From positions 89,795 to 153,794 of the forward strand of contig CAZVUD010000001.1 in NCBI GenBank assembly GCA_964629615.1: a DNA stretch of 64,000 bases, read 5' to 3'. Position numbers and translations under genes: made by a program. Positions within the stretch are counted from its first letter, which is position 1, and every line of letters starts with the position of its first letter. This document shows, piece after piece, positions 1 through 8,613 of the stretch. The notes under the pieces were generated by a model. The model saw only the letters and a program-made list of their open reading frames with translations. It ran no database searches and was not told where the DNA came from. Origin of the DNA: an uncultured Clostridium sp. GTDB lineage: Bacteria; Bacillota; Clostridia; Oscillospirales; CAG-272.

Positions 1-823
1 CAGGTATCCCAAGCGCGCGCAGCATAAGCGTAGCCGCACTTGCAAAATGTCTGCATACACCGCTTTCGTATTTACCGTCCATAAAAGCGATAGCAACATT
101 TTCTTCGCTGTCAAGAGCTGTATCGTATGCAAGGTCGTATCTTGCAAGCTTTTTGACATAATCCATTACGTCGTCAACAACTCCATGGTGGTTGCCCGAA
201 AATCCCAGTCTTGACAGCAGATCGGCAATATATGCCTCTGTATCGGGATCTATGTACGTATAGTTTTCCTGCACGAACATTTCGTAATCCTTCTTATATT
301 CCGCAAAGGTGGACATGAATGGGAAGACCTTATCCGTATCATCATAATCATATATAAGCACATCATACGCACCCGATGCATCTCCGATGCACTTGACATC
401 GCTCGTTTGCACCTGACCTGTATATGGGTCGGCGTAATACGGCAAGATAAATTTGTTTACTGTCGGCTCTATATGCACCTGATACAGCTCCATATCCGAT
501 CTTTCAAAGACAAAGCTCGGAAGATATGATGCCGAATACTTGTTTTTTAAAAGCTTGTCGTATTCTACAGCATTGCTTGACCAATTCTTTCCGTTGTAAT
601 CTCCAAAGCTCTGTGTCTTGAAGTATACATTGCCAAGATCATGATCACTGCTTATTTTATAAAGTACAAGGTCCTTACTGCTGTTCAGCTTTCCGTTATA
701 GTAGCTTTCTTCCGTGTCGCTCTCCTGTGCAAAAAGGAATATTATGCCAAGCATTGCGGCGGCTGTAAGCACTGTAACGGACAAAATTATGCAGATAAAG
801 CCCACGATTTTTGATCTTTTCAT
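1..823 (-). CDS. Transglutaminase-like (cysteine-protease fold) membrane protein, N-terminal ~274 aa; the C-terminus lies beyond the window start
   Basis: This frame is absent from the ORF track because it runs off the window. My translation from the ATG at 821-823 gives MKRSKIVGFICIILSVTVLTAAAMLGIIFLF (signal-anchor TM) and ends in DGKYESGVCRHFASAATLMLRALGIP. That ending matches the G-x-C-x-x-F-A...R-x-x-GIP transglutaminase-core motif. It lies 35 nt downstream of the preceding same-strand gene. Confidence 0.6.
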   Translation of the reverse strand, partial: MKRSKIVGFICIILSVTVLTAAAMLGIIFLFAQESDTEESYYNGKLNSSKDLVLYKISSDHDLGNVYFKTQSFGDYNGKNWSSNAVEYDKLLKNKYSASYLPSFVFERSDMELYQVHIEPTVNKFILPYYADPYTGQVQTSDVKCIGDASGAYDVLIYDYDDTDKVFPFMSTFAEYKKDYEMFVQENYTYIDPDTEAYIADLLSRLGFSGNHHGVVDDVMDYVKKLARYDLAYDTALDSEENVAIAFMDGKYESGVCRHFASAATLMLRALGIP

Positions 824-858
824 AATAATGATTCTCTTTTATCCATGGTTTGTTTATA

Positions 859-1945
859 TTACGTATTTCTGAGTATCCTTGATATATGCTCACGAGAAAG
901 CGGCATTGCATCCTCGCCGAACAATTCATCCATAAATGTGATGAGTCCGTCTGCGGAATTCTTTAAATATATGGGGTTTTGCGTTTCCAGCTTTCGTATT
1001 ACCTTCTTTGAAAGAATGTCGTCCAGAGCCTCAAGCTCATCTCCTCCACAGCTGATATATACCGGCACATATTCAAGTATCTGCTTCATTATTCTGTTTC
1101 CGAAGGTTATATGGAAATTCTCTTTCAGATATTCGTCAAGCTCCTTGAGCCTGTTTCGGTTTCTGCGGCTTATGCTGTAGCGGCGTATCGCATCATTTGT
1201 GAGATGCCTGAACTGCTCTGCCGATATTTTCAAGCCGCGGCTTTTTTCTGCTCTGAAGCTCTCTGCCTTGCTGTCAAGATCAAGTATCATTGCTCTGTCA
1301 TATACCTTATCGGATATGGCAAATGTAGAGTCGTCGTTGTTTGCCGTACCGATGAACCACATATTATCGGGCAATCTCATTCTGCCGTCCAAAAGTCCTA
1401 TCGGGTCATTTTCCCAGACATCCGACACGACATCTATATATCTTTCGTCGGGATCCGGCAATTCAAGCAAGGAAAGAAATTCGGCAAAGTAATATTCCAC
1501 TCTTGCTATATTCATTTCGTCAAGCACGGTAACATACATATCACCGCTGTAATTTGCCTCATACATCTTGCGAAGCAAGAGGGTCTCATTGAATTTTTTT
1601 GTGAATTCATTATAATATCCTACAAGGTCCGTGCGTTCCTTCCACATGGGCTGTACGGGTATTACGACAGACGGATTGTCTGTAAACAGACCGAATGCAT
1701 GTGCAAGCGAGGTCTTACCTGTTCCTGACATTCCCTGCAATATTATGAGCTTTGACACAGCCATACCCGATATAAATTTCCTTATATCCGACATTCTGTA
1801 ATACAGCCCGAGCCTTGATGCCGCAAAGCTCCTGAATTCTGTGCACAGCTCTTCAAGGCTACTGCATTCATCATATCTCTTATGTCCGTAATTCTCTTTG
1901 TTTCGGTCTATATTTGACAGCATGCAAAATCGCTCGCCGCTGTCT
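859..1945. repeat. Direct repeat copy A (1,087 bp), apparently 100% identical to 3972..5058
   Basis: I compared the boundary bases by eye: identity starts at 859/3972 and ends at 1945/5058, an offset of 3,113 bp. ORF-track translations in three different frames are identical between the copies (361 aa sense; 205-aa, 97-aa and 80-aa antisense ORFs). Confidence 0.9.
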
Positions 1946-2202
1946 TGATCCTGCAAGGACGGCGCATCGGGATCGTCCTTGCGCGGCACTTCCTTTTGCG
2001 GTCTTGCATAAAACATTGCAAACACAAGGCATATGAGCATTATCGGTATGAGCAGTAAGAGCACTATAAGGAACACCACCGTTCCCGAGCCAAGCAATCC
2101 CTGCCTGTCCGCCGCGCTCATTATCATGTAAGCCAATATTCCCTCCATGAGAAGTGCCAACACGGCAAGCAGTATTTTTTTTAAGGTCGTTTTTTTCTTC
2201 AT
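859..2202 (-). CDS. Membrane-anchored McrB-like AAA+ GTPase (paralog 1)
   Basis: 447-aa ORF. The N-terminus has two hydrophobic TM segments (ILLAVLALLMEGILAYMIM; VVFLIVLLLLIPIMLICLVFAMFY). The AAA+ core has Walker A ILQGMSGTGKTS, the block VTVLDEMNIARVEYYFAEFLSLLE, and FIGTANNDDSTF (N-x-x-D). These parallel the McrB DEINRAN..FGE and MNTADRS signatures. Residues 87-447 are identical to the paralog at 3972..5276. Confidence 0.65.
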   Translation of the reverse strand: MKKKTTLKKILLAVLALLMEGILAYMIMSAADRQGLLGSGTVVFLIVLLLLIPIMLICLVFAMFYARPQKEVPRKDDPDAPSLQDQDSGERFCMLSNIDRNKENYGHKRYDECSSLEELCTEFRSFAASRLGLYYRMSDIRKFISGMAVSKLIILQGMSGTGKTSLAHAFGLFTDNPSVVIPVQPMWKERTDLVGYYNEFTKKFNETLLLRKMYEANYSGDMYVTVLDEMNIARVEYYFAEFLSLLELPDPDERYIDVVSDVWENDPIGLLDGRMRLPDNMWFIGTANNDDSTFAISDKVYDRAMILDLDSKAESFRAEKSRGLKISAEQFRHLTNDAIRRYSISRRNRNRLKELDEYLKENFHITFGNRIMKQILEYVPVYISCGGDELEALDDILSKKVIRKLETQNPIYLKNSADGLITFMDELFGEDAMPLSREHISRILRNT

Positions 2203-2264
2203 ATTATCAACACCGCCGATATCTGTATTTTTTGCAGCTGTAAGCTATGTGCAAAAGTTGTAAC

Positions 2265-3947
2265 TCAGTCCTTATGCTTCAGATTGTCTATACTTAATAT
2301 ATCTCGTCTTATGCGCTTTTTGGTCTTTTTCCACTCTCTGCCGAAAAAGCGTTCAAACGCCGCAAATTCCGCTTCAAGCATCTTGAAGCTCTCCTCGTCA
2401 GTAAAGCTGTCATCATCAGGCATCTCGCCGTTTTTGTACATATAGGAATGTATCCTTGCGTCACAAAGGCGCTTTTGCTCGCAAAGGCTATCATATCTTT
2501 CATTCAGCTCCTTCATCTCTTCTTCCAGCTTTTCTTTTTCAGATATGATATATTGCACCTTTTCTTCATACATTTCCTTCATGCGATGCATGTTTTCCTT
2601 TGAAAGATCGCATTCCGAGGCATATCTGCTGATAGCCTCCTGCTTCTCGCTCTCCTTCTCGGCACATATCTCCGAAAGCCTGCCCTCATAAGACGCGCTT
2701 ATATTCTCCATTTCCTTTGCATGAGCCGCCTCTATATCTGACACGCGGGCATCAAACTCGCCTGCATCCTTCATAAGTGCTTTTATACGCTCTTGCAATA
2801 CAAGCTCGCCCTCCTTAAGTCTTACCATCTCATCTCTCATAGGCTCGACATCCGATGCCTTTTGAGAGAGCATATTTATAAGTCCCTCGGTTTCAAGAAC
2901 ATATTCCTCCGGGCTTACCCCCGAGCTTCCGATCTTGCGACGTATGGCTTCTATGCGCTCTTGTTTTTTTTGCTCCTCCGCTTGCCTGCGCGCATTCTCT
3001 TCCTTTTCATACGACAGCTTAAGCTGATCCTTTATTCCGAGCCCATACTCATACGCAAGGAAGGCAAGTGCAGATGTTATATGTGCAATATCAGCCTTAG
3101 CATCTTTGTCTGCAAGGGATATCTCTGTATTTTCATACCTGATGCTGTATCCGTCGCCGACATATGCGATGATATAATCATACAGAGCCACTGCCCCCTT
3201 GAAATTATTGTCCATACGCAGTATGTTGGTCTTTGTAACGGGCGGACGCAAAAGCGGCACCTTTGCCTGCATCTCCATAAGGGGCGTGGATATGAGAGAA
3301 TGTATCATCTTTTGTATAAGACCTATGCGGTCTATTATATCCTTGGCACCGCTGTGGGAGCACATATATTTGTCATACGGAATACTGTCTGAAAGATCAA
3401 ACGTATAGGACAGCACCCTGTTTTCTATCTTCACTCTGTCAGTGAATGTGAGCTTGCCGTCATATTTATTTACAGCATCAAGTATCTTATCATATCTGAC
3501 AGATACAAAATCGCGCAGATACACAAGAAGCATATATAAAAATCTGTTCTCATACACGGTATGATCGTTCGTGCGCTCAACGGAATAGAGCTTATCAGGC
3601 ATCATGTCGCCATTGTCTGTCTTGCGTGTAAAAAGATTGCTGTGGCGCTCAAGGTGCACGACAGACTCCTTGGACACAGACTTCACCTTTTCTATCGGCA
3701 ACACCTCACCATTTGAATGTATGAACTGTCTTTCCTCATGTATCGCTTTTTCTATAAAGACAAGCCCCTTTTCTATCTCACGCACCCACTCTTCATCTAT
3801 CTCGCATACACCGCGCGTAACGGTTATACCGCCATGCCCGTTATCAGACGCAGATATGGCTTTTTCAAGCTTTTCCGCTTCTCTGTTTTCTTTTATAAGC
3901 TCGCGACTCTCAAGGAGAGCGCGGTAGTATACACCATGCTGATTCAT
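2265..3947 (-). CDS. McrC-like (DUF2357-like N-terminal region) protein with long C-terminal coiled coil; no nuclease motif recognised
   Basis: 560-aa ORF sandwiched between the two McrB-like genes, with gaps of 24 and 62 nt. The blocks HTVYENRFLYMLLVYLRDF and NILRMDNNFKGAVALYDYI resemble the ENRF-containing N-terminal region of McrC/DUF2357 partners of McrB-type GTPases. Residues ~300-540 are an E/K/R-rich heptad-like sequence. I found no convincing PD-(D/E)xK motif. Confidence 0.45.
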   Translation of the reverse strand: MNQHGVYYRALLESRELIKENREAEKLEKAISASDNGHGGITVTRGVCEIDEEWVREIEKGLVFIEKAIHEERQFIHSNGEVLPIEKVKSVSKESVVHLERHSNLFTRKTDNGDMMPDKLYSVERTNDHTVYENRFLYMLLVYLRDFVSVRYDKILDAVNKYDGKLTFTDRVKIENRVLSYTFDLSDSIPYDKYMCSHSGAKDIIDRIGLIQKMIHSLISTPLMEMQAKVPLLRPPVTKTNILRMDNNFKGAVALYDYIIAYVGDGYSIRYENTEISLADKDAKADIAHITSALAFLAYEYGLGIKDQLKLSYEKEENARRQAEEQKKQERIEAIRRKIGSSGVSPEEYVLETEGLINMLSQKASDVEPMRDEMVRLKEGELVLQERIKALMKDAGEFDARVSDIEAAHAKEMENISASYEGRLSEICAEKESEKQEAISRYASECDLSKENMHRMKEMYEEKVQYIISEKEKLEEEMKELNERYDSLCEQKRLCDARIHSYMYKNGEMPDDDSFTDEESFKMLEAEFAAFERFFGREWKKTKKRIRRDILSIDNLKHKD

Positions 3948-3971
3948 AAGATCATTCCTTTAACTGCATTT

Positions 3972-5058
3972 TTACGTATTTCTGAGTATCCTTGATATAT
4001 GCTCACGAGAAAGCGGCATTGCATCCTCGCCGAACAATTCATCCATAAATGTGATGAGTCCGTCTGCGGAATTCTTTAAATATATGGGGTTTTGCGTTTC
4101 CAGCTTTCGTATTACCTTCTTTGAAAGAATGTCGTCCAGAGCCTCAAGCTCATCTCCTCCACAGCTGATATATACCGGCACATATTCAAGTATCTGCTTC
4201 ATTATTCTGTTTCCGAAGGTTATATGGAAATTCTCTTTCAGATATTCGTCAAGCTCCTTGAGCCTGTTTCGGTTTCTGCGGCTTATGCTGTAGCGGCGTA
4301 TCGCATCATTTGTGAGATGCCTGAACTGCTCTGCCGATATTTTCAAGCCGCGGCTTTTTTCTGCTCTGAAGCTCTCTGCCTTGCTGTCAAGATCAAGTAT
4401 CATTGCTCTGTCATATACCTTATCGGATATGGCAAATGTAGAGTCGTCGTTGTTTGCCGTACCGATGAACCACATATTATCGGGCAATCTCATTCTGCCG
4501 TCCAAAAGTCCTATCGGGTCATTTTCCCAGACATCCGACACGACATCTATATATCTTTCGTCGGGATCCGGCAATTCAAGCAAGGAAAGAAATTCGGCAA
4601 AGTAATATTCCACTCTTGCTATATTCATTTCGTCAAGCACGGTAACATACATATCACCGCTGTAATTTGCCTCATACATCTTGCGAAGCAAGAGGGTCTC
4701 ATTGAATTTTTTTGTGAATTCATTATAATATCCTACAAGGTCCGTGCGTTCCTTCCACATGGGCTGTACGGGTATTACGACAGACGGATTGTCTGTAAAC
4801 AGACCGAATGCATGTGCAAGCGAGGTCTTACCTGTTCCTGACATTCCCTGCAATATTATGAGCTTTGACACAGCCATACCCGATATAAATTTCCTTATAT
4901 CCGACATTCTGTAATACAGCCCGAGCCTTGATGCCGCAAAGCTCCTGAATTCTGTGCACAGCTCTTCAAGGCTACTGCATTCATCATATCTCTTATGTCC
5001 GTAATTCTCTTTGTTTCGGTCTATATTTGACAGCATGCAAAATCGCTCGCCGCTGTCT
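3972..5058. repeat. Direct repeat copy B (1,087 bp), apparently 100% identical to 859..1945
   Basis: See copy A. The flanks diverge immediately outside the repeat, at 3971 versus 858 and at 5059 versus 1946. Confidence 0.9.
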
Positions 5059-5276
5059 GTATTTTTTTCAGCCTCGTCCGACAAAGAGTCCTCATTCGAT
5101 ACGCAGGATCTCTCACCCTTTTTATCCGAAAATATCAAAGACACCGCTATTACGCCTATCAATGCAAGTATCACGAACACATATAAAATGATCGCGATCT
5201 CGGATGTGAGAAAGCTGACAAAGCTGTCTATATTTATATCTGAAAGCGCCATTGCGCCGCAAAATGATCCTGACAT
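3972..5276 (-). CDS. Membrane-anchored McrB-like AAA+ GTPase (paralog 2)
   Basis: 434-aa ORF. It has a single N-terminal TM (IAIILYVFVILALIGVIAVSLIF, followed by KKGER). Its AAA+ core is identical to paralog 1 (GMSGTGKTS, LDEMNIARVEYYFAEF, GTANNDDS). Only the first ~73 aa differ from paralog 1. Confidence 0.65.
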   Translation of the reverse strand: MSGSFCGAMALSDINIDSFVSFLTSEIAIILYVFVILALIGVIAVSLIFSDKKGERSCVSNEDSLSDEAEKNTDSGERFCMLSNIDRNKENYGHKRYDECSSLEELCTEFRSFAASRLGLYYRMSDIRKFISGMAVSKLIILQGMSGTGKTSLAHAFGLFTDNPSVVIPVQPMWKERTDLVGYYNEFTKKFNETLLLRKMYEANYSGDMYVTVLDEMNIARVEYYFAEFLSLLELPDPDERYIDVVSDVWENDPIGLLDGRMRLPDNMWFIGTANNDDSTFAISDKVYDRAMILDLDSKAESFRAEKSRGLKISAEQFRHLTNDAIRRYSISRRNRNRLKELDEYLKENFHITFGNRIMKQILEYVPVYISCGGDELEALDDILSKKVIRKLETQNPIYLKNSADGLITFMDELFGEDAMPLSREHISRILRNT

Positions 5277-5307
5277 TTCTAACTCCTATGTAAAAATTAA
5301 GAACTCT

Positions 5308-8300
5308 TTATCTGCAGATCGCCAAAAGCAGATCCTTGCAGGCGTACATGCCGTCTTCTCCGAATATGCCGACAAATACATCTGATATATTTTCTGTATG
5401 CGAGCTGTCATTTTTGCCCGATACAGTTATGGCAATGTATGGCAAAACTCTTGATGCAAGCGTCCTGTCAAGCGCGCCCGACGTATCCTCACCGCATGCA
5501 AGGCATACCGACGAATACTTTTCCATACCGACGCAAAGCTCATTTCCGAATTTCAGCAAGGCTGTGCGCTTTAAGTAGTCTTCCAATCTGTCTATCTTTT
5601 TGAATGCTTCCTCGGGCAAGGCACAGTCGCGCATGCAAGTCTCAAGCATATATTCCGCCTGAGCACAAGACAGCTGTATGTGCTCAGATGGCACACCGCC
5701 GCTCAAGGATTCCGCAAATGATATCTTAAGTAAGGGTGACGTGTATACAAGGCTGTCGGGCAAGTCCTTTACACGAACGCTCGGATCAAGGCAAAGCACC
5801 ATCCACATATTGTGAGGTATGTATATTTCCTCATCCCTGTATTTTTCGCCGCTTGCCTCAAATAGGCTCCTGCCCTCAGGATCTCTTGCATATCCCGCAA
5901 AGGAAATTATGCCGTCATCTATATGCTCGGTCCTGATCCCCGTAAATGATATCATATGTATTGCATTCTTATTGCTTTTCGCACGCTTTAACATATCTAT
6001 CACAGCACCGTCGCGCTCATCCTGTGAGAGCGCACCTGCGTCACATGTCCTGCCGTTCTTATCAAGGCAGAAATAATCGCACAAAAGCTGTGATATTCTT
6101 TCACTCTGGTGTCCCTCACCGCGCAAAATGATCATTTTTGAGGAAAAAAACGCCGATATCAGATCTGTAAGCATCTCGTGTGAGAGCTTTATACCCTTTG
6201 ATGCGGCAAATGAGGTCAGATCCTTCCTTACAGCATCTATATTAAGGCTCTTGTCTATCTCTCGCATGCAGTCATCATCGCTCTGCATATCGTCATCATC
6301 CTCGATGTCGCCATCTTCCGTATCATCCGAAAACAAGCTTTCGATCAATGGCTCACCTAATATTTTCGCATCTGCAAAGCCCTTTGCTTTTTCAGCGTCC
6401 ACAGCCTTTCTTTCAGCCTCAAGTGCCTTTTGCCTGTCAAAAAAGTCAAGGGCAAACATGCATATGGCGGCAATTGCAAGAATTACGGCTACGACAGTTA
6501 CAAGTGTAGTATCTGCCTGCGATAAAGACGCAAACACAAAGAGAACTATTGCCAGCAAGAGCGCACCTGCGCCAAACACTTTATTTCTTATCTCTTTTTT
6601 CATAGAATTACGAACTTCCTCCAATTTAAAATAATGGGAATCTATATTGCTCACATGTGCGAAATATTCACTTTCATCGCGCGTGTCAGGCAGTATGGAC
6701 ACGCCCGACATTACAGTAGTGCAGCTCATCTCACTAACCCGTGAGCACGGCAGGACAGAAATGGTATATTTGCCTGATTCCAAAAGAAATCTGCCGCTTT
6801 TCTCGTCGTAGACCTCGTCCGCCTTTATGTCTATCTCCACGCTCTTCTCTTCGCCTGTGCCAAGCTCGATGCGCGCATAGCCGCAAAGCACTCTCTTTGG
6901 TCGCATGACAGCAGAGCTGTGCGAGCTTATATACACAAATACAGAGTCGCACCCGTGCTTGCCGCTGTTTTTTACGCAAAATCTGACCTTGCCGTTTTCA
7001 AATGTCAAGCCCAAATATTTAAATTTTGAATATGTCATGCCTTCGCCGAATGCACAGCCGACAGGTATTCCCTCACGCTCGTAATATTTATAGCCTGTAA
7101 ATCTTCCGATCCTGAGTCCTGCCTCGCGCCTTAATTCCCCGATGCTCTTACCTCCGCTTACCGCATCTGAATGCATGGATGATACGACTCTGCCCGACGG
7201 GCATATATCTCCAAATATCACATCCACCGCCGCCAAAGCGCCTTCCTTTATATTCAGCGGTGCTAAGAGAAGTCCGCTATATCCGTCGGCAAAGCTTATA
7301 TCCGATGTACATCCGCATCCGAGCACTATCACCGTCTTATTTCTGTAAGGGCGAAGTGCGTCCGCAAGCACCTCCGCTCCTATCGGAAGCCTTTTCTTGC
7401 CGTGCTCATATATCGGAATATCGGAATCTGCAAACAAAATCACAACATCTGATGATGCGGCAAGCGATACCGCCTCTCTTATCATATCACGGTCTATAGT
7501 ATCGCCGTCAATCAAATAGCCCTGCCTGTATCCTGAATATTGTCCCTTGCTCTTTATCCTCTCGCAAGCGGCAGATATCAATCCAAAGTCCGAATCCGAC
7601 GCATATCCGCCTATGACGCACACTCTCTTGCGCTTTTTTGATATTGGCAGGATATCATTCTCGTTTTTTATAAGTGCTACAGACGCCGCAGACGCCCTGT
7701 ATGCAACATCCGACGCATCTATATCGCATCTTATATTTCTCTTGTGTCGCATATCTTTTATTGTAAGCAAAAGATCCAATACGCGGTCAAGCGCCGCATC
7801 AAGTTCGTCGCTTGAGATGACCAGCCCCTTTTCTTTTTCGCGCTCCAGCTGTCCGTGCGTTATCTTGCCGATCTCAAGATCGTGTGCAAGTGTGTTATAT
7901 CTCTCATATGCCCGCAGAAGCTCCTCGTACGATCCGCCAAAGCATATCTCACCTTTTCGTATGTATCCGACAGTATATCCTTCAGAAATGCCCGTGCGTA
8001 TGCTGTATCCGAGAGCCATGTCCTTATCGCCAGACACATGGCTTGCAAATGCATCATTCACCTTCTCATATTCATCCCCAACACTGTCCGCGCGGGTCAA
8101 TGTAAAGATACATCCTCCTGCCGTTGCGTCCGCATATGGCTTATAGATGAGGTCGAACATATCAGAAGCAGAGGGCTCGCTGTCCAGCCATTTAGATCCT
8201 TCACGTGACACGTCAAGTCCCATAAAGCCATATGGCATATTTGCCCTTTTTGCCTCAACAGCAAACACATGCACCAATGCTGCCGAAATGTATCCATCCT

Positions 8301-8610
8301 CTGACAGCGCATTATCATGCAGGGATATCTGCGGCTTTAAGACGGGAAGCATCACGATATCCACTCCGTCGCTGTCCATATCGCGCATAACTATATTTGA
8401 GACCTGCCGCGCAAGCTCATTATCACACGACATTGCAAGGCACGCAACGCTCGGAAAATGCAAGGAGCAATACTCTTCAAGCATTCCGAACTTTAATTTT
8501 GGTATTCCGTATGCTTCAAGCTCTCCGCTTGAAGCATACCCGATATCTGACAAAAGCTTCAGCTTTGTGGCTTGAGGCATGCTGTCAATTATATTTTTAT
8601 ATCTAAGCAT
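5308..8610 (-). CDS. Fusion protein: degenerate GH3-like glycosidase domains + Fn3-like domain + TM hairpin + degenerate McrB-like AAA module
   Basis: 1,100-aa ORF. Residues ~1-640 follow the GH3 (BglX-type) layout, including the C-terminal Fn3-like block (GEGMTYSKFKY...RVLCGYARIELGTGEEKSVEIDI). I cannot find the KHF and GFVxSDW nucleophile motifs; the aligned position reads LGYSIRTG. Two TM helices follow (GAGALLLAIVLFVFASL; LVTVVAVILAIAAICMFALDFF). The C-terminal ~330 aa are paralogous to the neighbouring AAA proteins (LTSFAASKG..KMIILRGEGHQSERIS versus FRSFAASRLG..KLIILQGMSGTGKTS; IPHNMWMVLCLD versus LPDNMWFIGTANND), with the Walker A/B and NxxD motifs lost. Confidence 0.6.
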   Translation of the reverse strand: MLRYKNIIDSMPQATKLKLLSDIGYASSGELEAYGIPKLKFGMLEEYCSLHFPSVACLAMSCDNELARQVSNIVMRDMDSDGVDIVMLPVLKPQISLHDNALSEDGYISAALVHVFAVEAKRANMPYGFMGLDVSREGSKWLDSEPSASDMFDLIYKPYADATAGGCIFTLTRADSVGDEYEKVNDAFASHVSGDKDMALGYSIRTGISEGYTVGYIRKGEICFGGSYEELLRAYERYNTLAHDLEIGKITHGQLEREKEKGLVISSDELDAALDRVLDLLLTIKDMRHKRNIRCDIDASDVAYRASAASVALIKNENDILPISKKRKRVCVIGGYASDSDFGLISAACERIKSKGQYSGYRQGYLIDGDTIDRDMIREAVSLAASSDVVILFADSDIPIYEHGKKRLPIGAEVLADALRPYRNKTVIVLGCGCTSDISFADGYSGLLLAPLNIKEGALAAVDVIFGDICPSGRVVSSMHSDAVSGGKSIGELRREAGLRIGRFTGYKYYEREGIPVGCAFGEGMTYSKFKYLGLTFENGKVRFCVKNSGKHGCDSVFVYISSHSSAVMRPKRVLCGYARIELGTGEEKSVEIDIKADEVYDEKSGRFLLESGKYTISVLPCSRVSEMSCTTVMSGVSILPDTRDESEYFAHVSNIDSHYFKLEEVRNSMKKEIRNKVFGAGALLLAIVLFVFASLSQADTTLVTVVAVILAIAAICMFALDFFDRQKALEAERKAVDAEKAKGFADAKILGEPLIESLFSDDTEDGDIEDDDDMQSDDDCMREIDKSLNIDAVRKDLTSFAASKGIKLSHEMLTDLISAFFSSKMIILRGEGHQSERISQLLCDYFCLDKNGRTCDAGALSQDERDGAVIDMLKRAKSNKNAIHMISFTGIRTEHIDDGIISFAGYARDPEGRSLFEASGEKYRDEEIYIPHNMWMVLCLDPSVRVKDLPDSLVYTSPLLKISFAESLSGGVPSEHIQLSCAQAEYMLETCMRDCALPEEAFKKIDRLEDYLKRTALLKFGNELCVGMEKYSSVCLACGEDTSGALDRTLASRVLPYIAITVSGKNDSSHTENISDVFVGIFGEDGMYACKDLLLAICR

Positions 8611-8613
8611 ATA

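Noticed and set aside
1111-1728. A 205-aa plus-strand ORF, with an identical twin at 4224..4841 and smaller twins at 1199..1492 and 4312..4605.
   Set aside because: These are antisense shadow ORFs inside the duplicated McrB-like genes. Their sequence is low-complexity and Cys/Ile/Phe-rich, with no RBS or motif. They are duplicated only because the underlying DNA is duplicated.
3095-3140. A possible PD-(D/E)xK-like string (SLADKDAKADI) in the 560-aa McrC-like protein.
   Set aside because: The context is hydrophilic and not preceded by the hydrophobic beta-strands expected for a restriction-endonuclease fold. I treat it as a chance match pending structure prediction.
6128-8575. Several 100-200-aa plus-strand ORFs (6128..6634, 7547..8146, 8147..8575 and others).
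   Set aside because: All lie antisense within the 1,100-aa GH3-like fusion gene. Their Ser-rich reverse-frame composition marks them as artefacts.
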